Shown here one piece after another: positions 8,297 through 17,075 of a DNA stretch of 64,000 bases. The notes under the pieces were generated by a model, which made no database searches, was not told the DNA's origin, and was given only the letters and a program-made list of their open reading frames with translations. A program made the translations under genes and the position numbers. Source of the DNA: Gammaproteobacteria bacterium (lineage in GTDB: Bacteria; Pseudomonadota; Gammaproteobacteria; Eutrophobiales; Eutrophobiaceae); NCBI GenBank assembly GCA_965221695.1, contig OZ244905.1:1504001-1568000 (forward strand). Reading direction: 5' to 3'. Each line of letters starts with the position of its first letter. The stretch's first letter is position 1.

Positions 8297-9849
8297 ACCG
8301 TCGCCGCTTTAGGTTGGCGTCTCTTACCAGTTTTGCCTTTTGATTGTGCCATTTTCTCTGCTCGAATCCGTTCCAGCAGCACAGACGCCGGTTCGTCGTT
8401 GGGGTCTTGCGGGACCAGTTGGCCGGAGAAGGCTTTTTTTAGGATGGATTGGCGGAGGGTATCTATATAACTGAGAGTCCCTATAATTTTCCGTTCCTGC
8501 GCGTCAAGAGTCGTTAGGATATTATCAATCCGCCGACAAAGCACTTCTTGTTCCTCCAACGGAATCAGTGGCACAGGAAACTTGCTAAGAACTGTTTTAT
8601 TGATCGAAGCAAGATTCGTTGTCTGTTTACCTACCTTTTCGAAATATCGCTGTCCAAATGCGTTAGCCCAGTAGGACAGAAGTTTCGAGTTGAATTCTGA
8701 CGTTATATGTGGAGTTGCTCTGAAAACGTGATTTTGGGTTATACACGGCACAATTTCAGACTGCCAAATCCAACCTCGGCCAAGTTTGTCCCGATCTCCT
8801 CCTTCGTTAAATAGTATATCCCACTTCTTGAGTTGAAGAGCGGCAAGCTGGGATTTCTCTATTCTCATATGCTTGATTTCGGAAAGATCGAGAACTCCTC
8901 GTTGCACGTTCGCCACCCGCAAGTAGGGAACTTCCATCGGATCTTTGAACTTTCGTCTAGCACTGACCGACATTCCTGAACCTATTTCCGCAACTTGGCA
9001 AAGACGTACGAGATACCAACTTTCGGGTGTATTTGGTAGCTCGTATTTTTCCTGAGAAGCTATTTCTGTGGTTGTCGTCACTCTGTTCGGTTTTGTTGGC
9101 TTCTTGATTGAATCTCCTTCTGCTTTCCACTCTCTAACAGCAACCCTCCATTCCTCAAGTTGCCGCTCATAGTGGGCTTCCCGCTCCCGCTTGATGCGAG
9201 CGAGCAATTGCTCGGGTGTTTCGAGTTTGCCCTTGTTCTTCTTACGCCAATCCGCGGTGAGCTTGCCTTCAAAGGCGTGTTTGAGTACGGCCTGACGGTA
9301 GACTGCAAGCTGCGCTCGTGCCGTCTTCAGGCTTTCAATGCCCTTGTCCAGCTCGGAAAAGAGTTCCTCGATCTTGGCGATGATCCGATTTTGTTCAAGC
9401 AACGGTGGTAAATGAAGCTCGAAACTTTCAATTAACGCCTTAGTAATGGCCTTGAATGTCGAGCCTGTCCCTTTTCCTGATATATCAGGCTCTGCACTTC
9501 TGAATAGATACAGCAGGAACTTCGGCTCAATTCCCCCAAGGGGGTGAAGTGCTGCTAATCCTCGACCAATGCAGCACTCGTGTTGCACCAGATTAGTTGG
9601 TCCAACGGGAGCTCGAACCGACAGTAGCGTTGCGCCTGGTTTGGCCACCTTATTGGGCTTTGAACAATACAGGTTGACGGTTGGGGATAGATCGCCGAAT
9701 TCCGCCTTCCCCTGAAAGAAAGGAAGGCCATCCCCGTTACGGTTATAGGTCCTGGAAGAGGGGGACTGGCCCATCACGATGTGCGTGAAATCGATAAGAA
9801 TGCATCGTTGCCATCCCTTAGGGACTGTGTTCTTTACGAAATCGGTCAT
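8293..9849 (-). CDS. hsdS: Type I restriction-modification specificity subunit S
   Basis: Two TRDs separated by conserved '[31 protein letters not shown]'; ends '[30 protein letters not shown]'. Confidence 0.95.
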   Translation of the reverse strand: MTDFVKNTVPKGWQRCILIDFTHIVMGQSPSSRTYNRNGDGLPFFQGKAEFGDLSPTVNLYCSKPNKVAKPGATLLSVRAPVGPTNLVQHECCIGRGLAALHPLGGIEPKFLLYLFRSAEPDISGKGTGSTFKAITKALIESFELHLPPLLEQNRIIAKIEELFSELDKGIESLKTARAQLAVYRQAVLKHAFEGKLTADWRKKNKGKLETPEQLLARIKREREAHYERQLEEWRVAVREWKAEGDSIKKPTKPNRVTTTTEIASQEKYELPNTPESWYLVRLCQVAEIGSGMSVSARRKFKDPMEVPYLRVANVQRGVLDLSEIKHMRIEKSQLAALQLKKWDILFNEGGDRDKLGRGWIWQSEIVPCITQNHVFRATPHITSEFNSKLLSYWANAFGQRYFEKVGKQTTNLASINKTVLSKFPVPLIPLEEQEVLCRRIDNILTTLDAQERKIIGTLSYIDTLRQSILKKAFSGQLVPQDPNDEPASVLLERIRAEKMAQSKGKTGKRRQPKAATV

Positions 9850-9906
9850 TTATATCGCCAACGCCTCATTCAACTCATTAATTTCACTATCCATCCGACC
9901 CCCGAA
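9850..9906 (-). pseudogene. Relic second copy of the hsdR 3' end
   Basis: Encodes FGGRMDSEINELNEALAI* versus hsdR FGDRMDSVIDEMNEALAA*. 45/57 nt identical to 10818-10874 by manual alignment. Its stop abuts the hsdS ATG. Confidence 0.85.
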
Positions 9907-9985
9907 ATTCTGACACTTCCGATCTATGCTTCCATTGAAATAGACCCGCGAGGCATGAAACCGCGAGTTCGTATTAACATGAAGG

Positions 9986-10014
9986 TTGCAAACATTGCGG
10001 CATTGCCGCATAAT
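9986..10014 (+). promoter_or_regulatory. Sigma70-like promoter of higBA with palindromic operator
   Basis: TTGCAA-17 bp-CATAAT; palindrome TGCGGCA-T-TGCCGCA (9996-10010) in the spacer; ATG 10 nt downstream, so near-leaderless. Confidence 0.7.
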
Positions 10015-10023
10015 TGACAGTTC

Positions 10024-10353
10024 ATGCATTTGTACTTTACTCGAGCTTATGAACGCGCCATTAGCAAATTGCTCTCGCCACCGGCCCGAGGTGAAATGGA
10101 ATCGGCAATTATGTCCGCTCCCGATTCGGCGCCCGTTATTCGGGGGACAGGCGGCATCCGCAAGCTGCGATGGGCGGGTTCCGGTCGCGGCAAGCGAGGT
10201 GGCATCCGCGTAATCTACTTCTACCCTGGTCCCGAAGCGATTTATATGCTGACGGCATATGCGAAGGCAGAGCGCGAAGATTTGTCGGCAGCGGATATGA
10301 AGGTGTTGTCCAAGCAGGTGGCAGAAATCAAAAAAGAGAGGCGAAAACGATGA
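10024..10353 (+). CDS. HigB/RelE-family toxin
   Basis: 'IRGTGGIRKLRWAGSGRGKRGGIRVIYF...LTAYAK.E.EDLS'; toxin-first order. Confidence 0.92.
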   Translation: MHLYFTRAYERAISKLLSPPARGEMESAIMSAPDSAPVIRGTGGIRKLRWAGSGRGKRGGIRVIYFYPGPEAIYMLTAYAKAEREDLSAADMKVLSKQVAEIKKERRKR

Positions 10354-10691
10354 ATGAACGCACCAAGATCGGTCAGGAGATTGAAGCGGCCCTCGGCGAG
10401 GTGCTGGCTCATGTGCGCGGCGAGGCTGTGCTGGCTTGCCGGATTGTAGATGACCCCAGTGCCGCGCGGATTGTTGCGCTGCGTAAACGATTGAAGCTGA
10501 GCCGGCAGAAGTTCGCGGACCGATTTGGCCTTGATGTGCGCGCTGTGCAGGACTGGGAGCAGGGCCGACGGGTTCCGGAACGGGCTGCACGCGTCTTGCT
10601 GACCGTGATTGACCATGATCCGGATTCGGTTGCGCGTGCGCTCGCCGCAGGGGCAACAAAGCCCGGGGATGCCCAAATTGCGGCTCAGTGA
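10350..10691 (+). CDS. HigA-type HTH antitoxin
   Basis: ATGA overlap with the toxin; 'LRKRLKLSRQKFADRFGLDVRAVQDWEQGRR'. Confidence 0.9.
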   Translation: MNERTKIGQEIEAALGEVLAHVRGEAVLACRIVDDPSAARIVALRKRLKLSRQKFADRFGLDVRAVQDWEQGRRVPERAARVLLTVIDHDPDSVARALAAGATKPGDAQIAAQ

Positions 10692-10707
10692 AGGCTGAGC
10701 TGGCACT

Positions 10708-10818
10708 AAGGTAAAAGGAAGAAGGAGGAAGGAAGAAACGCGCGTTGAAATCAACGCGCGGCCTTTCGCTTCGCATTGTCCTTGTTACTTCTGCCTTTAT
10801 CCTTCTACCTTTTTCCTT
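10708..10818. repeat. Inverted heptamer-array element with central hairpin
   Basis: 4 x AAGGNNN (10708-10735), perfect palindrome CGCGCGTTGA-AA-TCAACGCGCG (10739-10760), 4 x NNNCCTT (10791-10818). Lies between convergent higA and hsdR. Confidence 0.75.
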
Positions 10819-13583
10819 CACGCTGCCAACGCCTCATTCATCTCATCAATCACACTATCCATCCGGTCTCCGAACAGCTCGTACATCCGACCCCGGCCGC
10901 CTTTGGCATCGAACGGCGTCATTTCGAGGTCGTTCTTATCCAAGTGGAACGAAGTGATGATATGTTCGCGAATCATGCGCAACCAATCCATCTGTTCTTC
11001 GTTGAACTTTTCACCGGCGCCGCTGTGGTGCGTCATAATCCAGGTCTGGAAGTTGCGGCGTACGGTTTCTGCATAAGTCGACAATCTGGCATCAATGCCG
11101 CAGACGCGACGAATCAATGCCATAAGCGCTGTTAATTCGGTAACCGGCTGGGAACCTTTATATTCGTCAAGAAGTTCATATGCCTGCCATACGCGCAACG
11201 GCGCCAGCTTGGGCCGGTCGCGCTTTAACCGGTCCAAGACTTCCCGGATCATCGCGTAGGTCAACTCTCGTCGGCGATAGGGCTGGGAGAAGAAAATCGT
11301 CAGCGCTTCAATCTCATCGCGGTTGGCTTCCAGGTATTGCCGGAAGTCCTCCACCATACTCTTCGCATTCTCGTGCGCGGCATCTGCCCATCCGGCGCTG
11401 AGCAAGGTATCCGGGTTGTCGTGGTCGATGGTCTGTTCTTTGTCCCGGCGAATTGAGTCGATCAATTGGATCAGTTTACCGTTGAATACCTTGGCTGCTT
11501 CGTTCACCAACTGTTCCTGGGCCTGTACGCGCACTGCCTCCGTTGGCTCAGCGTCATTCGCCACCGGTTTTATCTCGCGGGCTTTCTCCTCGATTCTGTC
11601 CGGGTCTATCGCGGCCAGCAGATCGCTGACGATCCGGGTGAGTTCGATGCCCCCGGCTTGCGCCGTGATCTTTTCTTTCTCGGCCGGATCGAGTTGCTGA
11701 TTCAGCCGCGCGAGACGGCCGGCCAGCGAACTCACCGTTTCTTCGTCGCGCGCGCCCATCATCACATTCATTGCAAGGTCTTTGAGTGGAACAGTAGGCT
11801 TGGTGTCCAGCGGTTGGCTGGCCGTTTTCACTGATTTGGTTACCCCGACCGCGTCAACGATCACATAGTGGGTCTTTGCGCTGGTAGCGGAGGGTGAGAC
11901 TTTCTTGAGATCGTCATGATCGAGGGTACGCGTGCCCCGGCCCTTCATCTGCTCGAAGTAATTACGGCTCTTGACATCGCGCATGAACAGCAGGCATTCG
12001 AGCGGTTTTACATTGGTGCCGGTGGCAATCATGTCCACGGTCACGGCGATACGCGGGTTATAATCATTGCGAAGCTGACTGAGGACCGTCTTGGGATCGT
12101 CATCGATCCGGTAGGTGACTTTCTTGCAAAAGGCATTACCTTCACCGAACTCTTCCCGCACGGTCTGGATAATGTCATCGGCGTGGCTGTCGGTCTTGGC
12201 GAAGATCAGCGTCTTCGGGATCTCTTTGCGGACCGGAAAGATTTCCGGCAATTTGTCGCGAAACGTCTTGATCACCAAGCGAATCTGGTCGGGGTTGACA
12301 ACGCTGCGGTCGAGTTGCCTGGTGTCATAGGTCTCGTCCTCGTCCTGGGTCTCCCAGCGCTTGCGTCTTGACAGGCGCTCACGCTTCTCGACGAGCTGCT
12401 CCGCCTTGAGTTGACCGCCGTGTTTCGTCACCTCCGTGTCGATGACATAGATTTCGTTGCCCACATTGACGCCGTCGGCAACGGCCTGCTCGTGGGTATA
12501 CTCACTGACAACATTCTGCTTGAAGAATCCGAAAGTGCGGTTATCTGGCGTTGCGGTCAAACCGATAAGATAAGCGTCGAAATATTCTAGTACCTGAAGC
12601 CAGAGATTATAGATGGAGCGGTGGCATTCGTCGATGACGATGAAATCGAAGAACTCCGGTGGAATCTTCGCGTTATAGTCTACTGTTTGGGGTTGTTTAG
12701 GCTGTACCCTCTCCGCCGGGTTGGACTCCTCGGTGGCTTCGTCGAATTCCTGGCCTTTAAGCAGTGAATACATTCTCTGGATGGTACTGATGCAGACCTG
12801 ACTGTCCTTGGCCACAAAGGATGATTTCAATCGTTGGACGTTATAAAGTTCTGTGAACTTGCGGTTGTCGTCGCTCGGCACATAAGCCATGAATTCCTGC
12901 TCGGCCTGTTCGCCCAGATTCCGGGTGTCCACAAGAAAGAGGATGCGTTTGGCGCCGGCATGTTTAAGCAACCGGTAGATCGACGTGACCGCAGTGTAGG
13001 TCTTACCTGAACCGGTGGCCATCTGAATAAGGGCGCGGGGACGGTCTTCCTTGAATGAGGTTTCCAATTTCTGAATGGCGTTGAATTGGCATGTTCTGAG
13101 TCCCCCAGGGTCCAACTCTGGCAGGCTGTGAAACCGGGCGCGCAGCGTGTCCGATTGTGCGTACCAGTCCCGTAGCGTCTCTGGTCGAAAAAAGCTGAAT
13201 GCTTCGCGGGAACGGGGGTGTGGATCGCGCTTATCGGTAAAGCGTGTGAGTACCCCTGTGCTCTCGTACACAAAAGTCATGGGTTCTTTGTTGTTAAACC
13301 ACTTGAGCCTGGCGTTGGCATAAGTGGCGGATTGTTCTTCAACCTTGGTTAGCTTGTGGCCGTAGTATTTCGGTTTGGCCTCGATAATGCCAACGGGTTT
13401 TTTGTCGATCAACAGCGCGTAGTCAGCGGGGCCAACATCTGTCGGATACTCGCGAACAGCAATCCCGGAGCCTGCGCTGAAGTCGATTTCATTCTTTGAT
13501 TGCACCTTCCAACCGGCCTGTTCCAGCTTGTCATCAATGACCTCGCGGGCCTGCTGTTCGGGGGTTCGGTTTCCTTCACTCAT
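10818..13583 (-). CDS. hsdR: Type I restriction enzyme subunit R (EcoEI-like)
   Basis: Nuclease ADY..IIEAK, Walker A MATGSGKT, DECHR, GLTATP, QMKGRGTR. Probable start MSEGNRTPEQQAR at 13583. Confidence 0.96.
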   Translation of the reverse strand: MSEGNRTPEQQAREVIDDKLEQAGWKVQSKNEIDFSAGSGIAVREYPTDVGPADYALLIDKKPVGIIEAKPKYYGHKLTKVEEQSATYANARLKWFNNKEPMTFVYESTGVLTRFTDKRDPHPRSREAFSFFRPETLRDWYAQSDTLRARFHSLPELDPGGLRTCQFNAIQKLETSFKEDRPRALIQMATGSGKTYTAVTSIYRLLKHAGAKRILFLVDTRNLGEQAEQEFMAYVPSDDNRKFTELYNVQRLKSSFVAKDSQVCISTIQRMYSLLKGQEFDEATEESNPAERVQPKQPQTVDYNAKIPPEFFDFIVIDECHRSIYNLWLQVLEYFDAYLIGLTATPDNRTFGFFKQNVVSEYTHEQAVADGVNVGNEIYVIDTEVTKHGGQLKAEQLVEKRERLSRRKRWETQDEDETYDTRQLDRSVVNPDQIRLVIKTFRDKLPEIFPVRKEIPKTLIFAKTDSHADDIIQTVREEFGEGNAFCKKVTYRIDDDPKTVLSQLRNDYNPRIAVTVDMIATGTNVKPLECLLFMRDVKSRNYFEQMKGRGTRTLDHDDLKKVSPSATSAKTHYVIVDAVGVTKSVKTASQPLDTKPTVPLKDLAMNVMMGARDEETVSSLAGRLARLNQQLDPAEKEKITAQAGGIELTRIVSDLLAAIDPDRIEEKAREIKPVANDAEPTEAVRVQAQEQLVNEAAKVFNGKLIQLIDSIRRDKEQTIDHDNPDTLLSAGWADAAHENAKSMVEDFRQYLEANRDEIEALTIFFSQPYRRRELTYAMIREVLDRLKRDRPKLAPLRVWQAYELLDEYKGSQPVTELTALMALIRRVCGIDARLSTYAETVRRNFQTWIMTHHSGAGEKFNEEQMDWLRMIREHIITSFHLDKNDLEMTPFDAKGGRGRMYELFGDRMDSVIDEMNEALAA

Positions 13584-13651
13584 TGCGGATATTCTTTGGG
13601 TAGTCGTGTGCCAGCAAACCCAGCGTGGATCATATCTGCAGTCCGCCACTC

Positions 13652-15490
13652 TCAGCGGGTCACGTTTCCTACCGGTTGGCTCAGGGCGTCGGCTACCAGT
13701 TCGTCTACGTTGCTGCCGGTGAGGGAGTTCAGAAATGCGACGATGGCATCCATCTCAGCGTTGTTCAGACCCAGTGGTTGGATCAAGGGGTCGAGCAACG
13801 CATTTTTTATGCCGCCGCGGTTGTAGAACTCGACCACCTGGCGCAGGGTTCGCAGTGAACCGTTGTGCATGTACGGGGCGCTGAGGGCCACGTTGCGCAA
13901 CATCGGTGTCCTGTATTTCCAGCGGTCGTCGGGGTTGCCGGTAATCTCGTAATAACCGAGGTCGTTGGGAGCCGGCTTGCCCTTGAGAGTGATGAACTCC
14001 CGGTCGACCATAAGCGTGACGCCGGGCGCCACCGTCACCGGCACTTTGTCATCCGGTGTTCCCATGGAAACCAGGTAACCGATGCCGGTGTTATGCAGAC
14101 CGTGGTCGGTGAACAGCGCGTAATCCCTGTTGACGGTATGGCACGCGACGCAGCGCGCCTTGCCGGTAAACAGGTCGAAGCCGGCTCTTGCCTGTTCATC
14201 CAACGCAGCTTTCTCGCCGCCGTAATACCAGCGATCAAACGCGCTGCCCGCCGAGCTCAGGGTGCGCTGGTAGCTGGCCAGGGCCATGCCCACGGTCTCC
14301 ATGCCAGGCCCTCTCCCATCAAAAGCCTGTGCAAACTTGCCTTGATATTCAGGCAGGGATTTCAGCCGGTCGATGACAAAACCGACGGACGGGTTGGCCA
14401 TTTCGTTGCGCGCCAGCAGCGGTGTCCAGACCTGTTGTTCCAGCAGGTTCTCGCGGGCGTCATGGAACAGCTTTTGGGCAAAGCCGACGTTATACAGCGT
14501 TGGCGCATTGCGGCGCAGGGTTCGGCCTTCAATACCGATGGCGACCGACAGTTCCTGGCTGGTGAAACCCTGTTCCGGGATATGGCACATCGCACAGGAG
14601 AGCGTGTTGTTATGCGACAGGCGCCGGTCGAAAAACAGTTGCCGGCCGAGCAGTATCTTTTCCTGTGTCAGCGGGTTGTTATTCGGGACCTCAAGCAGGG
14701 GCAGGCCGGACAGCGCCCCCTCACCTGACGCGCCGCCACTTGCCCTGCCCTCCGCTGCACTGGACGCTGCCTCTGTCGCCGCGCCTAAGCTGTGATCGCC
14801 ACTTTCGATGGCCAGGGTGATGATGTCGTTGATCACCGTGTCTGCATGCAGGAACGATACGCTGTAGATGTTGCGCACCTGTTTTTGCTTGTCCAGCAGG
14901 AACACCCGCAGGATGTGCGAAATCACTCCGGTGTATTTTCCGGTCTCGTCGTATTCCTTGTTCACCGACTGGTTGTAACCCCGGAGCATGGGCTGCAAGC
15001 GCGCCGTTGAAGCTGTGGTCAGGAAGCGCCAGTCATAGTTGTTCCGGTTGAACTGTCTACCGTACTTCAGCATCACCTGCGGCGTGTCGAAATCCGGATC
15101 GAAGCTGAGGCTGATCATCCGCACCTGATCCTCAAGACGGCTGTCCGCATCCAATCGCTGTTGTAACTGCCCCAAGACGAAGGTGGCCAGCGGACACCCG
15201 TTGACATCGTTGCAACTGGTAAAGATGAAGCTGAGGACGACGAACTTGTCGCCAAAGAACTCGTGCAGGGGGCGTTCACGCCCTGTTTCGTCCAGCACCA
15301 GGCCGTCGCCGGCCTTGCCTAACGGGGGGAGCTGGTAGGTGCCCGGTTCCGGCGCGTCGTATTCGAGCACGCGGTAGCCCGGCGCCAGGATCTGCGCCGG
15401 CGCGTCATGCTGATGTTGTGCCTGGGCGCGCGGCGCTACTACGGGGTAGAGACAAAGAACGCCGACTACCAGTAAAAGGAGCGCCCTCAC
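13652..15490 (-). CDS. SCO1/SenC - MauG-like di-heme cytochrome c peroxidase fusion (probable MtoX maturation protein)
   Basis: Signal peptide; SCO domain 'FIFTSCNDVNGCP..SFDPDFDTP..H'; two CxxCH (CAMCH, CVACH); 'APYMHNGS...EFY'. Directly downstream of mtoX. Confidence 0.88.
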   Translation of the reverse strand: MRALLLLVVGVLCLYPVVAPRAQAQHQHDAPAQILAPGYRVLEYDAPEPGTYQLPPLGKAGDGLVLDETGRERPLHEFFGDKFVVLSFIFTSCNDVNGCPLATFVLGQLQQRLDADSRLEDQVRMISLSFDPDFDTPQVMLKYGRQFNRNNYDWRFLTTASTARLQPMLRGYNQSVNKEYDETGKYTGVISHILRVFLLDKQKQVRNIYSVSFLHADTVINDIITLAIESGDHSLGAATEAASSAAEGRASGGASGEGALSGLPLLEVPNNNPLTQEKILLGRQLFFDRRLSHNNTLSCAMCHIPEQGFTSQELSVAIGIEGRTLRRNAPTLYNVGFAQKLFHDARENLLEQQVWTPLLARNEMANPSVGFVIDRLKSLPEYQGKFAQAFDGRGPGMETVGMALASYQRTLSSAGSAFDRWYYGGEKAALDEQARAGFDLFTGKARCVACHTVNRDYALFTDHGLHNTGIGYLVSMGTPDDKVPVTVAPGVTLMVDREFITLKGKPAPNDLGYYEITGNPDDRWKYRTPMLRNVALSAPYMHNGSLRTLRQVVEFYNRGGIKNALLDPLIQPLGLNNAEMDAIVAFLNSLTGSNVDELVADALSQPVGNVTR

Positions 15491-15493
15491 CCG

Positions 15494-16861
15494 TTAGAAG
15501 TTAACCGCCACGGATACCGCTTGATCCTCTCCGGCGGGCCGGCGTTTTGCATACAGTGCATAAGAGCCGAAGCGCATCTGGTGGGGCATGCCCAGTCCTG
15601 CCTCAATGAAATCGATGGAGAACTGCAGGTTCAGCTTCTCCCCGTCCCAGGTGTAGGACTTGAAATATTGCAGGTCCTCGCCTTCCTCGGCCTGCCGTTT
15701 GTCCCAGTTGGACAGCAAGGAGGAGGTGAAGTAAACCCGTTTCCCGTCCCAGCTCTGGGACAGCATATTGATCTGGGCGCCGATCTTCTCTGCGAAGATT
15801 TCCTTTGCGTTATGCGGATCGCTGATATCGAATACCCGGGCCATGCCGTCGTTCCAGGTGTCCACCCATAACAGCGAATCATCCGCCGAAATGGAAATAT
15901 CCACGGGCAGCGGAATCTGCTCGGCCACGCCGATGTCCGCAACCGGCTTCGCTTGCCAGTCGCCGCCGTCATCCTCGTAGATCAGCCAGATCTTGGATGT
16001 GAGCGCAGTGGTCGTGAAGCAGTAATTATTGCGCGAGCCCCAGGCGCAGCGAATTTCCAGCGGCGCTCCGGGCACGTCCAGCACCTTTTTCGGCTGGCGT
16101 TTGTGCAGGTCCCAGATGACCACGGTATTGCCGAACCGCTGCATCGCCTCCGGGTCCGCCATCATTTGGCCCAGGTCCATCATGTAATTGTTCCAGCCGG
16201 TAAATGAGGACGTGACCATCACGTTGCGGCGCGGCAGCACGCGCAGGTCATAACCATAGCCATCGGCGAAAGTGCCGGACTTGACCGCGCCTTGCAGGTC
16301 GGCGTCGGTAGGCATCCAGTAAGTGGCAACGTAATCGCCTTCGTTGGTGTATTCCACTATCCCGGTCACGCCACCGTGATCCTTGTCATTCGACAAGCCG
16401 GTAATAAGCATCCTGCCGGGCATCGCATAACTGGTGTGCGGCCCGACCACGCCGCCGCTGCGGGCGACAAAATCTTCGATGGTCTTGTGCAGCCTGGGTT
16501 GGGCCGGGTCTGAATGCACATCGAAGATAAAAATCCTGTTGGTGTCGAGCCCGGACGCCCACAGGTAGCGCCGGTCATCCGTCAGGCCCGAATGGTGAGC
16601 TTCATTACGCCCGCCCACCGATAAAACGTGAACCACCTCGCCGTATTTTTCCGACTGCGGGTTGACGTCCACGGTAACCAGTTTGTCCTGTTCATCACCT
16701 AGACCCTCCATGCCCAGCGTCCAGATATAGACGAAATCCTCCTGTCCGACGATTTTCGCCATGTACGGCGACATACAGGTCTCATCGGCGGAAGCAAGCG
16801 GCGTGATTGACAGCAGGAAAAGAAAGACAATAAAATAAGCGGTGCCGGTAAGTTGTCTCAT
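15494..16861 (-). CDS. mtoX: Methanethiol oxidase (SBP56/SELENBP1 family), periplasmic
   Basis: Signal peptide then DETCMSPY; 'NEAHH', 'GPHT', 'SSFTGWNNY', 'SSLLSNWDK', 'PHQMRFG'; SCO/MauG neighbour. Confidence 0.88.
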   Translation of the reverse strand: MRQLTGTAYFIVFLFLLSITPLASADETCMSPYMAKIVGQEDFVYIWTLGMEGLGDEQDKLVTVDVNPQSEKYGEVVHVLSVGGRNEAHHSGLTDDRRYLWASGLDTNRIFIFDVHSDPAQPRLHKTIEDFVARSGGVVGPHTSYAMPGRMLITGLSNDKDHGGVTGIVEYTNEGDYVATYWMPTDADLQGAVKSGTFADGYGYDLRVLPRRNVMVTSSFTGWNNYMMDLGQMMADPEAMQRFGNTVVIWDLHKRQPKKVLDVPGAPLEIRCAWGSRNNYCFTTTALTSKIWLIYEDDGGDWQAKPVADIGVAEQIPLPVDISISADDSLLWVDTWNDGMARVFDISDPHNAKEIFAEKIGAQINMLSQSWDGKRVYFTSSLLSNWDKRQAEEGEDLQYFKSYTWDGEKLNLQFSIDFIEAGLGMPHQMRFGSYALYAKRRPAGEDQAVSVAVNF

Positions 16862-17075
16862 TGATTATCTCCGGTCAGTAAAGGATCAGTCTCAACAACA
16901 ATAATACAACGTTTCGATACATTTTACATTTTTACCTGTACCCACCGGCCGCTGTCGTGCACTATACAAATTATGACGTACTTCATTGTACGTGAAACCG
17001 GACTCTAAGCTGATAGTGTTATATTGGCCGTAACCTGATTATTTTCCACCAGTACTCTTTCCAGCAGATATTGAC

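Noticed and set aside
9850-10821. 323-aa minus-strand ORF spanning the hsdR-hsdS gap
   Set aside because: Antisense to the clear higBA pair and runs through the heptamer element. Only its last ~18 codons (the hsdR relic) are meaningful. The frame being open from the hsdR stop to the hsdS start is curious but probably chance.
16862-17075. Moco/tungsten-cofactor riboswitch or clear operator in the mtoX-fdh gap
   Set aside because: AT-rich with no convincing stems or palindromes by eye; a covariance-model search would be needed.
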